Shown: piece by piece, positions 54,366-64,000 of the stretch
Layout of the letters: every line of letters begins with the position of its first letter
Numbering within the stretch: the first letter of the stretch is position 1
IMG/VR virus record: IMGVR_UViG_3300033075_001514
Span: 2,265 to 66,264 of that record
Length of the DNA stretch: 64,000 nucleotides
Reading direction: 5' to 3' (one strand)
Origin: a virus
Lineage: Duplodnaviria > Caudoviricetes
Program-made: the position numbers and the translations under genes
Notes under the pieces: model-generated
What the model was told of the DNA's origin: nothing
Database searches by the model: none
The model's input: only the letters and a program-made list of their open reading frames with translations

Positions 54366-55040
54366 ATGAGGCTTCTAATCGCTCTTGTTGTGTTGTTTGT
54401 TGGGATGTGCTGCGCTCCTACCAAGTCGGTCACGAAGGCCGATTTGAAGTCTGCTGAGCCATATGTCCCGCGAATCTCGCTGGTTGGCAGCATCGACGAG
54501 GATTCGGTTGCCGCTGTAACGACCGCCTTGCAAGCCGTAGCCAAGGAGAATCCCGAAGCGGTCGTCTTCGAGATTGACTCACCAGGCGGTGAAGTCGGCG
54601 CAGGCCTGCAGCTTGCGAAGGTCCTGGAAGACTATCCGGTCCGCCTGATTTGCGTCGTCGATGGAGACGCGGACTCAATGGCATTTTTCTTGCTGCAGTC
54701 CTGTCCCGTGAGGTTGATGACCAAGAGGTCTTCCCTCATGATGCACAGGCCGTATCTGGTCATCAATCGCCCCGCCTCAGACCTCGACGACCAAGACCGC
54801 GAGAACATCGAGGCCAGGATGACCGTCCTTGCACACGCCATGTTTGAGCACTACGCCCACCGAATGGGTACCACCGCTGAGGCTCTTGCCATCAAGGTCC
54901 CCGGCAAGAAGACCTGGTGGATGGGGTGGTCCGAAGCCGTATGTGTCAACGCGGTTGACGGCGTCGTGCAATCGGTCCCAGGGGTCCTTGCCTCGTTGCG
55001 GTCGGCCGGTGCCCTCCCAGAAGTCACGGGCTGTAAATAA
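54366..55040 (+). CDS. ClpP-like serine peptidase with N-terminal signal/TM segment
   Basis: IDSPGGEV, DSMA (Ser), LMMHRP (His); GTAATCT 8 nt upstream. Confidence 0.75.
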   Translation: MRLLIALVVLFVGMCCAPTKSVTKADLKSAEPYVPRISLVGSIDEDSVAAVTTALQAVAKENPEAVVFEIDSPGGEVGAGLQLAKVLEDYPVRLICVVDGDADSMAFFLLQSCPVRLMTKRSSLMMHRPYLVINRPASDLDDQDRENIEARMTVLAHAMFEHYAHRMGTTAEALAIKVPGKKTWWMGWSEAVCVNAVDGVVQSVPGVLASLRSAGALPEVTGCK

Positions 55041-55041
55041 G

Positions 55042-55455
55042 CTACGCAACCACTTCGTGGATCCACTTGATGGTTTTGTAGACATCCTTGGCAATCAAGG
55101 ACTGAACCAGGTTGTACCCGCCACGAGACACGGTCAAGACTCTGACTGAACTCGGTCGGTATTCCCGGATGGCAAAAATCCAGAGGTCTGCGGCGATGCT
55201 TTTGCCACGCAACTTCGGAATGACCCAGGTCCCCTTGGCGTTGAGCCGTCCGCGCTTTGTCACCGTGAAACGGAAGTACCCGATGATGTTGTCGTCGGCG
55301 TCGTACGCAACAACCGCTTGTTTTGCGCTAAGGCCGATGAGGCGGTTGTTAAAGAAAGCGAGACCTGACCGCGAGAGCTTTCCTTTGAACTCAGAGTCCT
55401 CAGGCCAATAGCTCGTCAGCGGGTGCTTCTTGGGTCCGAAGCTCTTGATTTTCAC
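55042..55455 (-). CDS. GNAT-like acetyltransferase
   Basis: TWVIPKLRGKSIAADLW; GTG start with GGAG upstream. Confidence 0.6.
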   Translation of the reverse strand: MKIKSFGPKKHPLTSYWPEDSEFKGKLSRSGLAFFNNRLIGLSAKQAVVAYDADDNIIGYFRFTVTKRGRLNAKGTWVIPKLRGKSIAADLWIFAIREYRPSSVRVLTVSRGGYNLVQSLIAKDVYKTIKWIHEVVA

Positions 55456-55709
55456 GTTCTCGTTGCTCCAGCATCCTGTCAAAGTCGTACTTGTCGCAAA
55501 TGAGGGCGTTGCAACCTTCACAGAGGGCGAAGTCGCCCCACAACTGACAAGCACCTAGGGTCGTGAGTCTGCGGCAAAAATCACAGTTGATTTGCTCGCC
55601 GTTCCAAACGATTCTTCGGTCATCGCGTTCTCGGTCCACGGTACTCTTTCACAACGGCTCGGCCCCAATCAATCTGGGCCGAGTTCGGGTCAATGACGTT
55701 GCCCTGCAG

Positions 55710-56984
55710 TCAGCCGCCGAAGCCCATCTTGCGCCTGGGAGCCGTGGTCTTGTCGCCGCCCTGCCAGCCAGCGTCATACGCCTTTTGGTAGACCGTGGCA
55801 AGCGAACACGCAGGCAGAACGTCGTCCTTGTCGGTCAGGCGCTTGAAGACCGCTGTCGCCGTGTCGGAGTCAAGGTCGCCGACCACGACGTGGGTCGAAA
55901 GGCGGCCGGGCCTGAGGATTGCCGCGTCGAATTCCTGGTGGTCGCGGTTCGTGGTAGCGACCACGCGAACGTCGATGGCGCTGCCGATGATGCCGTCGCC
56001 CAGGTTCAGGAGCGAACTGATGGTGCTCGTGTCACCTTCCCGACGAGGAGCCAGCGCATCGTCGGCGTCTTCGAGAATCAAGACGATGGGGTCTTCGTCC
56101 ATCTGGGCACGGAACTCGACCAGGGCGGCCATCCCCGAGGGGTCCAACAGCGCCGCCAGGGCCTGCTGGGGGACGACGACGAACACGGCGCTCTTCACGT
56201 TCCGGAGCAGGCCACGAATCAGGTAGGTCTTGCCAGTGCCCGGGGGGCCCGAAATCACGCTCAGGCGGCCACGGGGAACCTCGTCAACCAATTCCTTCGA
56301 AATGCGCTTGAAAGCGTCCCGGACCGCCGGAGTGTAGTTCTCGGGAATCATGTCGGCCCCGCCCTTGCCGATGGGCTGGAACTTGGGCCCATCCTTCGTC
56401 ATGGCCATCATGTACACCGTGCCGTCGTGCTGGCGCCGCTCGCAGTGCTCGATGAACCACTCAGCCAGTTCGTCGATGATGGCAGGGTGCATCGTGGTGA
56501 GGCTACAATCGACGTTTTCTTCCTTGGCCTCTTCCGGAGTCGAGGGTCCGGCCAGACGAGCGAATGTATTGTAACCAAGGTAGGTCTCGGCGACGGTCGT
56601 AACCGCAGGCTCTTCGTCATCGGGCACGTGCAAGTACTTTGACTCAGAGACCTTCCTCAGAGAGTCGTCGTGTTTCTTGATGATGGCGAGGAGTTCCTCG
56701 GACCAGTTGACGTCCCGGTATTCCTCTTTGAGGAACATGCTCAGGTTTATGTTCTGACCCGAACCGGTTCCACGTGCGTGGGCCGCAGCGGACATGGCAA
56801 TCGTGATGTAGTCAAAAGTGACGATGCGGTCAAGATTGATGTTTTCCATCCAGGACGTCGTGGCATCTGCAGCGGACTTAGTCATTTTGGGTGCTTCCTC
56901 TTCGTGGCCAAAAAACAATTCGTACAAATCGTCGCTCATCGGATCTTCGCTCATCGGATTTTCCGCAAGATGGCCGTGTGCCAC
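55710..56984 (-). CDS. AAA+ ATPase
   Basis: GPPGTGKT, LILEDAD, ATTN..D.AILRPGR. Confidence 0.85.
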   Translation of the reverse strand: MAHGHLAENPMSEDPMSDDLYELFFGHEEEAPKMTKSAADATTSWMENINLDRIVTFDYITIAMSAAAHARGTGSGQNINLSMFLKEEYRDVNWSEELLAIIKKHDDSLRKVSESKYLHVPDDEEPAVTTVAETYLGYNTFARLAGPSTPEEAKEENVDCSLTTMHPAIIDELAEWFIEHCERRQHDGTVYMMAMTKDGPKFQPIGKGGADMIPENYTPAVRDAFKRISKELVDEVPRGRLSVISGPPGTGKTYLIRGLLRNVKSAVFVVVPQQALAALLDPSGMAALVEFRAQMDEDPIVLILEDADDALAPRREGDTSTISSLLNLGDGIIGSAIDVRVVATTNRDHQEFDAAILRPGRLSTHVVVGDLDSDTATAVFKRLTDKDDVLPACSLATVYQKAYDAGWQGGDKTTAPRRKMGFGG

Positions 56985-57232
56985 TTCAGCGAGCTTTCCA
57001 GAGTTGCCAGACCTTCTTCGGTCGGCACGTACCCCTTTGGAGTCTTGACCAAATACCTCAGGGCCAAGAGGTTCTCGAAAACGGCCCGAAACCTTGAATG
57101 AACATAAACGTACGCATCTTCTGATGCGATGTACGCCGCGAAGCAGATTGTATCGCTATCCCGAGGTCCGAAAGTCCGTGCCGAATGCATCAGCAAGAGT
57201 TCCTGGGCGTCGAAGTAGCGTCCTTCAATCAT
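56951..57232 (-). CDS. hypothetical protein
   Basis: Coupled ORF. Confidence 0.55.
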   Translation of the reverse strand: MIEGRYFDAQELLLMHSARTFGPRDSDTICFAAYIASEDAYVYVHSRFRAVFENLLALRYLVKTPKGYVPTEEGLATLESSLKWHTAILRKIR

Positions 57233-57930
57233 TAGTAGTAACCGTCGTGCGTATGGGCCAGACGCTCAAAAACCAGCGCAGCCAGTTGTTGGCTGATAGT
57301 ATCAGTATCCGGCTTGACTGGCAAGGGGCTCTTCGCTTCGACGTCGGCCCAGGACTTGGTGTGGGCCTCGAACTCGCTGACAATGCGGTCCCAAGGCACC
57401 TCGTTGCGGCGGATCTGCAAGAAGAACTCCCGGTCCTCGGGGCGTCGAACCCGCAGCTTGCCCGTCAGGAGCGTCTCGGCGCCCATACGAGCGAGCCTGA
57501 CCAGGTGCATGGTGTCCTTGCCGTCGTACTGGTATGGGTCGTAGACCGGGAAGTCGCGACTCTTCAGGACCCGCATGTAGTTGCCCTTGGCGTAACCCAT
57601 GTAGGTCTTGGCGATTTGGCGGCTCAGGAAAGAGTCCCGAAGGTCGAGGATCGACTGGGCGAACGGGGTCTTCTTGACGATGCAGTCGTCGGGCGCGAAG
57701 GCGGTTTCGATGACGTTGGGGTTGGCCTGGCAGCACAACTTCACGTAGTGCCGGATTTCCCAAAAAGCCTCGTCCCGCTCGGCGGTGTTCGTGACGGCAG
57801 ACCGGCTGGTGTCGATGCCACAGGTCTCACGGAGAGTGGGCATGAAGAACCCGCGCTCGTCAACGTCCGACGTCGGCAGGTTCGTACCATACATGTAACT
57901 ACCTGCCCTTACTACGAATTCTGGGGTCAT
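57232..57930 (-). CDS. Pol-beta superfamily nucleotidyltransferase (YcgL-like)
   Basis: GSYMYGTNLPTSDVDERG, ANPNVIE, MHLVRL. Confidence 0.8.
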   Translation of the reverse strand: MTPEFVVRAGSYMYGTNLPTSDVDERGFFMPTLRETCGIDTSRSAVTNTAERDEAFWEIRHYVKLCCQANPNVIETAFAPDDCIVKKTPFAQSILDLRDSFLSRQIAKTYMGYAKGNYMRVLKSRDFPVYDPYQYDGKDTMHLVRLARMGAETLLTGKLRVRRPEDREFFLQIRRNEVPWDRIVSEFEAHTKSWADVEAKSPLPVKPDTDTISQQLAALVFERLAHTHDGYY

Positions 57931-58463
57931 CAGTCGATACCCCCGCCGCTGTCGAAGGTACCGCCATCTGAGCCGCTGTCGTAGCTTGAGCCGCTGTCGT
58001 AGCTCGAACTCGAATCGGAAGACCCGTAGTCAGACGGGGTGGGGTCAGAGAACTCCGAGACGGTCGACTGGTGGTACGACGAAGTCGAACCGGCCTCGGT
58101 CAGGACGCTTGCGTACAAATACGTCGTCACGGGGTCTAGGGTGGGGTCGGGGCTCGGCGACGGGCTAGGGGTCGATTCAGAACCAGCCCCGTTCAACATC
58201 GCGGCGGGGGCACGCCGACCGGTAAAGACTTCTCGCTTGAACGACTCTCCTGGTACAGAGTAAAGAAAACGTGCCGCACGCCGCTCCCTGGCCAACTGGC
58301 GGGCCCATGCTCGGTCGGCACGAATAGTCTTGACCAGGTTGACCGCGAAGAAAATCAGCGCAAAGAGCGCGAAGACGGCGATAATCGACATCAGCATCGC
58401 CGCACCCAAATCGGAATTATCAATCATTTGATCTCCAGGAGAACCGTGTGGAAAGCGCGCCAC
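57930..58463 (-). CDS. membrane protein with Ser/Asp/Gly low-complexity tail
   Basis: N-terminal TM; SSSYDSGSSYDSGS tail. Confidence 0.55.
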   Translation of the reverse strand: MARFPHGSPGDQMIDNSDLGAAMLMSIIAVFALFALIFFAVNLVKTIRADRAWARQLARERRAARFLYSVPGESFKREVFTGRRAPAAMLNGAGSESTPSPSPSPDPTLDPVTTYLYASVLTEAGSTSSYHQSTVSEFSDPTPSDYGSSDSSSSYDSGSSYDSGSDGGTFDSGGGID

Positions 58464-58993
58464 AACTCGTTGTGAATGCCATGCGACTTGAGGGCGTACT
58501 CGAACTCGTCAGCTTCCTTGCGGTACATCTTTTGCTGGCGCTTGTTGTCTGTCCGGACGGCAAACCGCATGTTCGCGATGCGGTCGGCAAGCTTGAGAGC
58601 GACGGCGTCAGGGCTTGACTTGATTTTGACGTAGGTCAGTGCCTTGCGCTCAGCCCTGGTGGGCGCGTCTGCATCGGTCACGCACTCGACCAAGTTCGCG
58701 ACCTTCCGGCCGCAAAAGTACTCGATGGTTGCCAGAGTCAGCCCAGTGTCCTCGACCGCATCGTGCAGCCAGGCCGCAGCGAGCAGGTCCTTGTCGATGT
58801 AGTCGAACTCCAACAGGACGTCGACCACGTCGGCCAGGTGCGTGGTGTACGGCGAGTCGTCGTACCGCTGGCCACGGTCGAGATGCACCATGGCGGCCAG
58901 GTTGCGGGCCATGGCGACGCGGTCGTTTGCCTTGAACTCGTCGGGCTGCGCAGGCGAAAAGAGCTTGGGGTCGGTCGGAAAAAGCTGAGTCAT
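58424..58993 (-). CDS. HD-domain hydrolase, RelA/SpoT (Mesh1/SAH)-like
   Basis: PYTTHL..AAWLHDAVEDT..LKLADRIAN. Confidence 0.8.
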   Translation of the reverse strand: MTQLFPTDPKLFSPAQPDEFKANDRVAMARNLAAMVHLDRGQRYDDSPYTTHLADVVDVLLEFDYIDKDLLAAAWLHDAVEDTGLTLATIEYFCGRKVANLVECVTDADAPTRAERKALTYVKIKSSPDAVALKLADRIANMRFAVRTDNKRQQKMYRKEADEFEYALKSHGIHNELWRAFHTVLLEIK

Positions 58994-59283
58994 GGCTGGA
59001 CCTCGTGTGAGCCGGTGATAGTGAGTTCGTACGTCGAGTTCTGGGTGTTGAACAGAATCACTGCGCCGTCTTCGCCTTCGGAAATACTGACGATTTCGGT
59101 CACCGGGGACGTCGCCACGACCCTGAAGTCATTCTCTTCAGTCAACGACTTGGCCGTGACGACGAACTGGCGTCCTTCTGTGGGTCGATTGGTGAACGAG
59201 CACTCCACGTCCTTCGTTCGCAGTGGAGCATCTGACTGGAAGTCGGTGATTTTGCCGACCTTGACGAGCTTACCTGATTCCAT
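58990..59283 (-). CDS. hypothetical protein
   Basis: Coupled ORF. Confidence 0.55.
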   Translation of the reverse strand: MESGKLVKVGKITDFQSDAPLRTKDVECSFTNRPTEGRQFVVTAKSLTEENDFRVVATSPVTEIVSISEGEDGAVILFNTQNSTYELTITGSHEVQP

Positions 59284-59803
59284 GACCGTACACCCTTCGC
59301 TTGTAGGCTTTGACGATTGCTCTTTTCCGCCTCCGCTCTTCACGCTTGCGGCTACGGCGCTTCTTCTTCGTCTCGATTGGACTGTACCTGTCTCGGCCAG
59401 CCTTTGCAAGCTCGTCGCAGCGGTCATTGAAGATGTCGCCCGAGTGGCCACGTACCCACCGCGTACGCGCGTTGGTGACCTTGTAGAGTTCCTGGAGAGC
59501 AAGGACGATGTCCTTGTGCGTGTTGGCCTGGTACAGACCCGAAGCCAGGTTCAGGCAGTACGTCGAGTCGGAGACGATTTCGACGTTGTTGCCGATGTGC
59601 AGACCCCGGTCAACGACAGCCCTGAGACCGTGCAGGGCGCCCTGAAGCTCGGCGATGTTGTTGGTGCCAACGGGGGCACCTTCTGAGCCTGCGCAGATGA
59701 TGGTGTCCCAGTCGGTGACCAACCAGCCCCAGCCGATGGGACCGGTCGAGTTGCCTACTGACGAACCGTCGGCGTACACTGAGATGGTCTTGGGCTGAAT
59801 CAT
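59270..59803 (-). CDS. rnhA: ribonuclease HI
   Basis: ADGS, TNNIAEL, SDSTY, WVRGH, NDRCDELA. Confidence 0.9.
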   Translation of the reverse strand: MIQPKTISVYADGSSVGNSTGPIGWGWLVTDWDTIICAGSEGAPVGTNNIAELQGALHGLRAVVDRGLHIGNNVEIVSDSTYCLNLASGLYQANTHKDIVLALQELYKVTNARTRWVRGHSGDIFNDRCDELAKAGRDRYSPIETKKKRRSRKREERRRKRAIVKAYKRRVYGHGIR

Positions 59804-59807
59804 GCGG

Positions 59808-62586
59808 TCAGTTTAGCATGCTTTTGTCGACAGGTCCAGGCTCCACCGCATCAATTTCTTCTTGGGTCGTCGTTCCAGCTTCCTTGAAGGCCTGGATAAT
59901 CGCTGGCTGATAGTCCTTGATGACCTGGAACCCAGGTTTGAGGTGCTCGGGTGCGCGGTCGTCAGACGGGTCAAAGAAGGTCCCGTTCACCAGCAAGGTG
60001 GCCTTGTCGAACAGGGCGCTCGAAATGACACACGGGCAAGCTTGCGCGCCGGTCGAGGCGAGGGTCCACGCCCAAACAGCCAAAACCTCCAGCAATTCGT
60101 CGTAATACTTGACGCTTACTTGGACCGCCTTGGCCATTTCGTTGCGGTCGGTTCCCATTCCGATGGTGAACGCAAGGTCGATCGCGCGCTTGGTGGCAAC
60201 CATGGCCTTGAGGACCTCGACCTCGGTCGTCGACAAGACTGGAATTCGGAAGACGCTCATGTGATTCCCAAGACCTCTCGGTAGTGACGGTGGGCTGCTT
60301 TCTTTTCTGCTTCGCGTCTGGCTGCGTTCTGGCGTTTTTCTTCTTCGAGGTCTCGGGCGCGGCTCGCGACTTCGGCTTCGTAGATGTCGGTGAGTTCTTT
60401 GGGCGCCTTGCCTGAGGCATCTTCGGTGTGACAGTAGAACAACACATCGCCAACGGGCCCCGTCGGGTTCTTGAGAGTGACCTGGCCGAACGTCACGCCC
60501 CTACAGTGGTGGCCGAAGTCCGCATTCACGCAGTAAATCGGGCCCGTGTGGACTTTGGCCTTAATCGGCAGGGCATTCTTCAGGTGAGCGAAACGATTGG
60601 CCATTTCGCCCAAGGTCATCGCTGCGTCCCACCTGTCCTGCACCAAGGATTGCGGATCGATGGGGTAAATGCCATGAGAACCGACCGACACGTAGAGTCC
60701 GGAGTCTACTCTGCGCTTCTCGCAATTCAGGCAGTCCATGTGGGTACTTGCGTACCACTCCAGGTCGGACGAAGCCGTTTCAGGATTTGCAAGATAATCG
60801 CATTTCGCGTATCCAGGCGCGAGGATGCCGGTGTCTTCAAAGAGGTGCTCTGCCGCGAAGTTGCAGTGCATGATGAAATCGTTGGTCTCGCGCCGGAAAT
60901 CCTCTCTGGAGCGCTTGTCCATGATTTTCGCGGGCGGCTTCACGATTTTGATTTTGTAGTACCCATGAAGCTCTGGCACATAGTTCCACTTACCTGCCAA
61001 CTTGGCGTACAGTTTCTTGGTCGCCTCGAACGAGCGTGCCAAAATCGCGTGGTTCCGGTCGCTCGGGTCTTCGTAGATGAGCAGATGGAATTCTCCCGTA
61101 AGGTTCGGGAACTTGACGATTGGCGGGTACCTTACTTTGAATTCCTTGAAGTCCATTTTCAGAATCTTTCTTCAGCCCAGTAAGGGCTATCATTGGGCTT
61201 GAGGTTAAGCAAGCAGAAATCGCGAACCATTCTGCGCTGGATTTCAGTCGGCCGCTTAGCTTTTACTGAGTCTTCAAGGTCCGAGTAGTGGAAAAACCAC
61301 TGGGTGCCCTCATCCCAGCCGCCGTTTTGAACCTTGACCCACCCCTGGGTCTCCAGGGTCCGTTCGTCGTAGCACTCCTTTTCGTTGCGCCAAATAATCG
61401 ACGCCAGCCACGAATGCTGATGGTACTTGCAGGGGTAGAACTGGCCTTGGGGACTCAGCCAGCCATTGGTACCAGTAATTCCGTAGGTGCAGGGCGGATC
61501 GACCCGCTCGATTTTTGGGTCGTAGAAGTCTCCCACCAGGCGCTTGCGGCCGTCGATGATGTCGTAGGTCTCTTCCTCGCTGATTACGTCCCCGAACTTG
61601 GACTTGACGAGTTCGAGCGCCTCACGTTCGGCGGTAGGTCCGCCGCCGTATTTCATGATTTCTTTCAAGGCGGCCAAGAAGGTCTCAAGCGTCTCTGTCT
61701 TGGGCTTCTTGGCGCGCGAGGTCTTCTTGGTGACCATGTTCATTCCTCTTCGTCGGGCGGCTGCAGGGTCTTCAGGAAGGTCTCTTCGTCGGGCAGGGCA
61801 TCGAAGCTGAACGACGCGATTTCCTTGATGGGGTAGTAGGAATACATCCTTGCGAAGAGCACGCTGTTGGTGCGGTGAGACTTCACCGACTTCTCCATCA
61901 AGAAGTAGAAGAAATCACCCTCGACCAGCGGGGTCTGGTTGAAGCCCTTGAAGCACCGAAGCTTGCGCTCGACCAGGTCGACCATGTAAGCCCACTCGCA
62001 GAACAGCGAATCCGCAGCGAAGTCGATTTGGTTGTAGACCTCGATAGGACCTTCCGTGTCCGCGATGAAGTCGAGGATCCCGGTGCCAAGGTCCCGGAAG
62101 AACTGGGGATGGGTGGCCTTGGTGACCGCTTCGCCCATCTGCTCAAGCTCTTCGAGGCGCTCCGGACTGGCAACTGTGATGCGCTTCACAGCCTGACGGA
62201 ACTGGCCCTCCAGCATCTGGCTCTTGAGGAACTTCAGGACTTCGAGGCCGTTGCCGGACGGGTAACCGTCCCACTGGCCGTACTGCCCGAAGAGAAGGTT
62301 TTCGTCACGAACGATAGTCAGGTTGCGAGTTCCCATGTGCTACTCCTTGAGTGGCAAAATTCCACGTTGAATGTTCATCGTTTACGGCCGCCAGCCAATA
62401 CCCTACGACTTCGCCATCCAGGACAACGAACGAACTACCCTCCCCGCCCTCGTTTTGCATGAAATCGATGATGGCGGGGAGGGTGTCGTCTGTGACACCG
62501 CAGAACATTGACTCGTCAGTCAGAAGGTTGGTGTACCTGACCTCAAGTCCTTCAGCGGTGGTGTGAAGGTCCCAGCGTGCTTGCAT
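59808..62586 (-). other. hypothetical CDS run (59808..60260, 60257..61156, 61159..61743, 61740..62336, 62305..62586)
   Basis: Coupled minus-strand ORFs. Confidence 0.65.
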
Positions 62587-62587
62587 T

Positions 62588-62767
62588 TTAGGGCCCGATT
62601 TTGACGCAAGAAATTCCGCTCTGGGAGGTAAAGACGCAGTTGAAGTAGCAAACGACGCCAGTCTTCGGGTCGACGTTCTTGCAGACCACGTTGTTGCTGC
62701 CCGTGGAGGTACCCGACTGCACGCATCCGGAAAGCATCAGCATCGCTACGACGAACAACGTTTTCAT
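62588..62767 (-). CDS. small Cys-rich lipoprotein
   Basis: GGAGG-like SD absent but clean lipobox LSGC; GVVCY..GISCV C-terminus. Confidence 0.6.
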   Translation of the reverse strand: MKTLFVVAMLMLSGCVQSGTSTGSNNVVCKNVDPKTGVVCYFNCVFTSQSGISCVKIGP

Positions 62768-62819
62768 TGTGCCGCCTTTCGAACTCGCTTTTAGCACTTA
62801 TTGACGTCCTTGGCAAGCA

Positions 62820-63742
62820 TTAACCACCAGCCGCATGCCAAGCTCGCAAGCGACTTACGCAAGCGGCCAGTTTTTGGCGGGCACCTGGGAGGTCCTGGAC
62901 CCACTCGTCGGCGGCTTTGAGGACCGCGTTTTCGATTTGAATCAAGTCCGCAGGGCGGCGCTCGATTTTCTTCTTGACATCTTCGATTGCGAAGTACGCG
63001 AGCAAGACGAAAACGAGCGTCAGGAAGTAGAACAAATTGGCCACGAAGTAGCCGTTGGCGAAGAAGTCGCTCACTTGGCCGCCCCGTCCATCGCGGCGAG
63101 GACTGAGCGCGCGGCGAGGCATTCAGAGTCGTAGCAGTTGGAGGAGTCGCAGTCGGAGCCGCACCGAACGGCCTCGCACACCGCCCGCGCCGCGTGCACC
63201 TGCGCCCGCAGCGCGCCGCGCTCAGCCTCGACTCCCTCAAACTCCAGCGTCAGTTCCTTGCCAGCCGCGCGAACCATCGCCAACTCGGCGGTGAGGTCCG
63301 CGTAGGCCATCTCCTGCTCTGCCGCGTATCGCTCAGCGTCTCGAAGCTGTCGACGCCACTCGTCGCGCTCGGCCTCGGCTTTCTCGCACGCCTTGGCCGT
63401 TGCCGCGAACAGCGCCTCGCTCCGCTCCAACTCCGCGATGCGGTCGGCCAGCGGCGTCGCGGAAAGAGTAACAGTGCGCACCGCTTCGACAGCCAGATAG
63501 ACGCCATCGCTTTCACACTCCATCGGGTTCAGCGCATCAATCGCCTGCACGCACGCCTCCCGCTGCTCCTCCCTGGCCGCCGCAACGGCCGCAGCCCTGC
63601 GCGCGTCCTCGCCGTCGATGTGCGCGAGCAGAACGTCGAACTCCCACGTTTGGAGCGCCATCGTCGGCCCGGCAGTCGGCAGCGCCTCCCGGATTCGGGC
63701 CTTCACCACAACCAGTGCCGCCGCCTTCACGTCGTCGTTCAT
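62820..63742 (-). other. two hypothetical CDS (62820..63122, 63071..63742) in a GC-richer block
   Basis: Ala/Arg-rich coiled-coil ORFs; visibly higher GC. Confidence 0.5.
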
Positions 63743-64000
63743 GTGCCCTCGCTCTCGTGTTCGCCGCGCACACCGAGCGCCGCAATGAGGGCAACCAAGA
63801 AAAGCCACAGTTCCCAGATGTACTCGTTGACAAATTCCGCCAGCGTCATCACTCCTCCTTTGCGTGCTCGCCACGCGCAATAGCATCTGCCGCGTCGCCG
63901 ACCCATGTCTCATCGTCCGCCTCGCGCAGCCACGCCACCACACGCGCGCGCTCGTCCGCGACGCCTCGGGCGTAGTCGACGCTGAGCGCAGCACGGTCGC

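Noticed and set aside
54366-55040. ClpP-like gene as the protease that cuts the K-sites
   Set aside because: It carries an export signal and is not next to portal or capsid genes; the head protease is more likely outside this window. Not fully excluded.
57930-58100. Ser/Asp/Gly repeat tract as a regulatory repeat
   Set aside because: Ordinary low-complexity coding tail.
1-64000. Alternative genetic code (stop-codon reassignment)
   Set aside because: Conserved genes are full-length under code 11, and TAA, TGA and TAG all terminate ORFs.

Overview
64 kb segment of a large lytic myovirus (jumbo-phage-like) genome. A myxobacterial (Myxococcota) host is inferred from lipoprotein and Cys-repeat signatures. 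Plus-strand late islands carry SPO1/Twort-type neck, tail-completion, sheath and tube genes, fibre genes and four very large multi-module proteins. They are interleaved with mostly minus-strand clusters of small early genes and with nucleotide/RNA-metabolism genes (ThyX, dNMP kinase, MazG, RNA ligase, PTH2, oligoribonuclease, RNase H, HD hydrolase). There are 3-4 tRNAs and nine homing-endonuclease-like genes or domains. Two window-wide signals stand out. (1) The large proteins (974, 767, 855, 1305 aa) are strings of unrelated enzyme-like modules joined by a recurring [L/M/I/V]-x-K-[A/S/G] motif, suggesting virion-packaged polyproteins cut by the head-maturation protease into effectors: NUDIX, ParB-like, papain-like, lytic transglycosylase, GNAT, PI3/4-kinase-like, degenerate mCpol-like and HExxH modules. 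(2) A GTAATCT late-promoter motif and TTGAC-N17/18-TATAAS early promoters usually sit 6-8 nt upstream of start codons with no Shine-Dalgarno, implying largely leaderless phage mRNAs. All family assignments come from motif recognition by eye; no database search was run.
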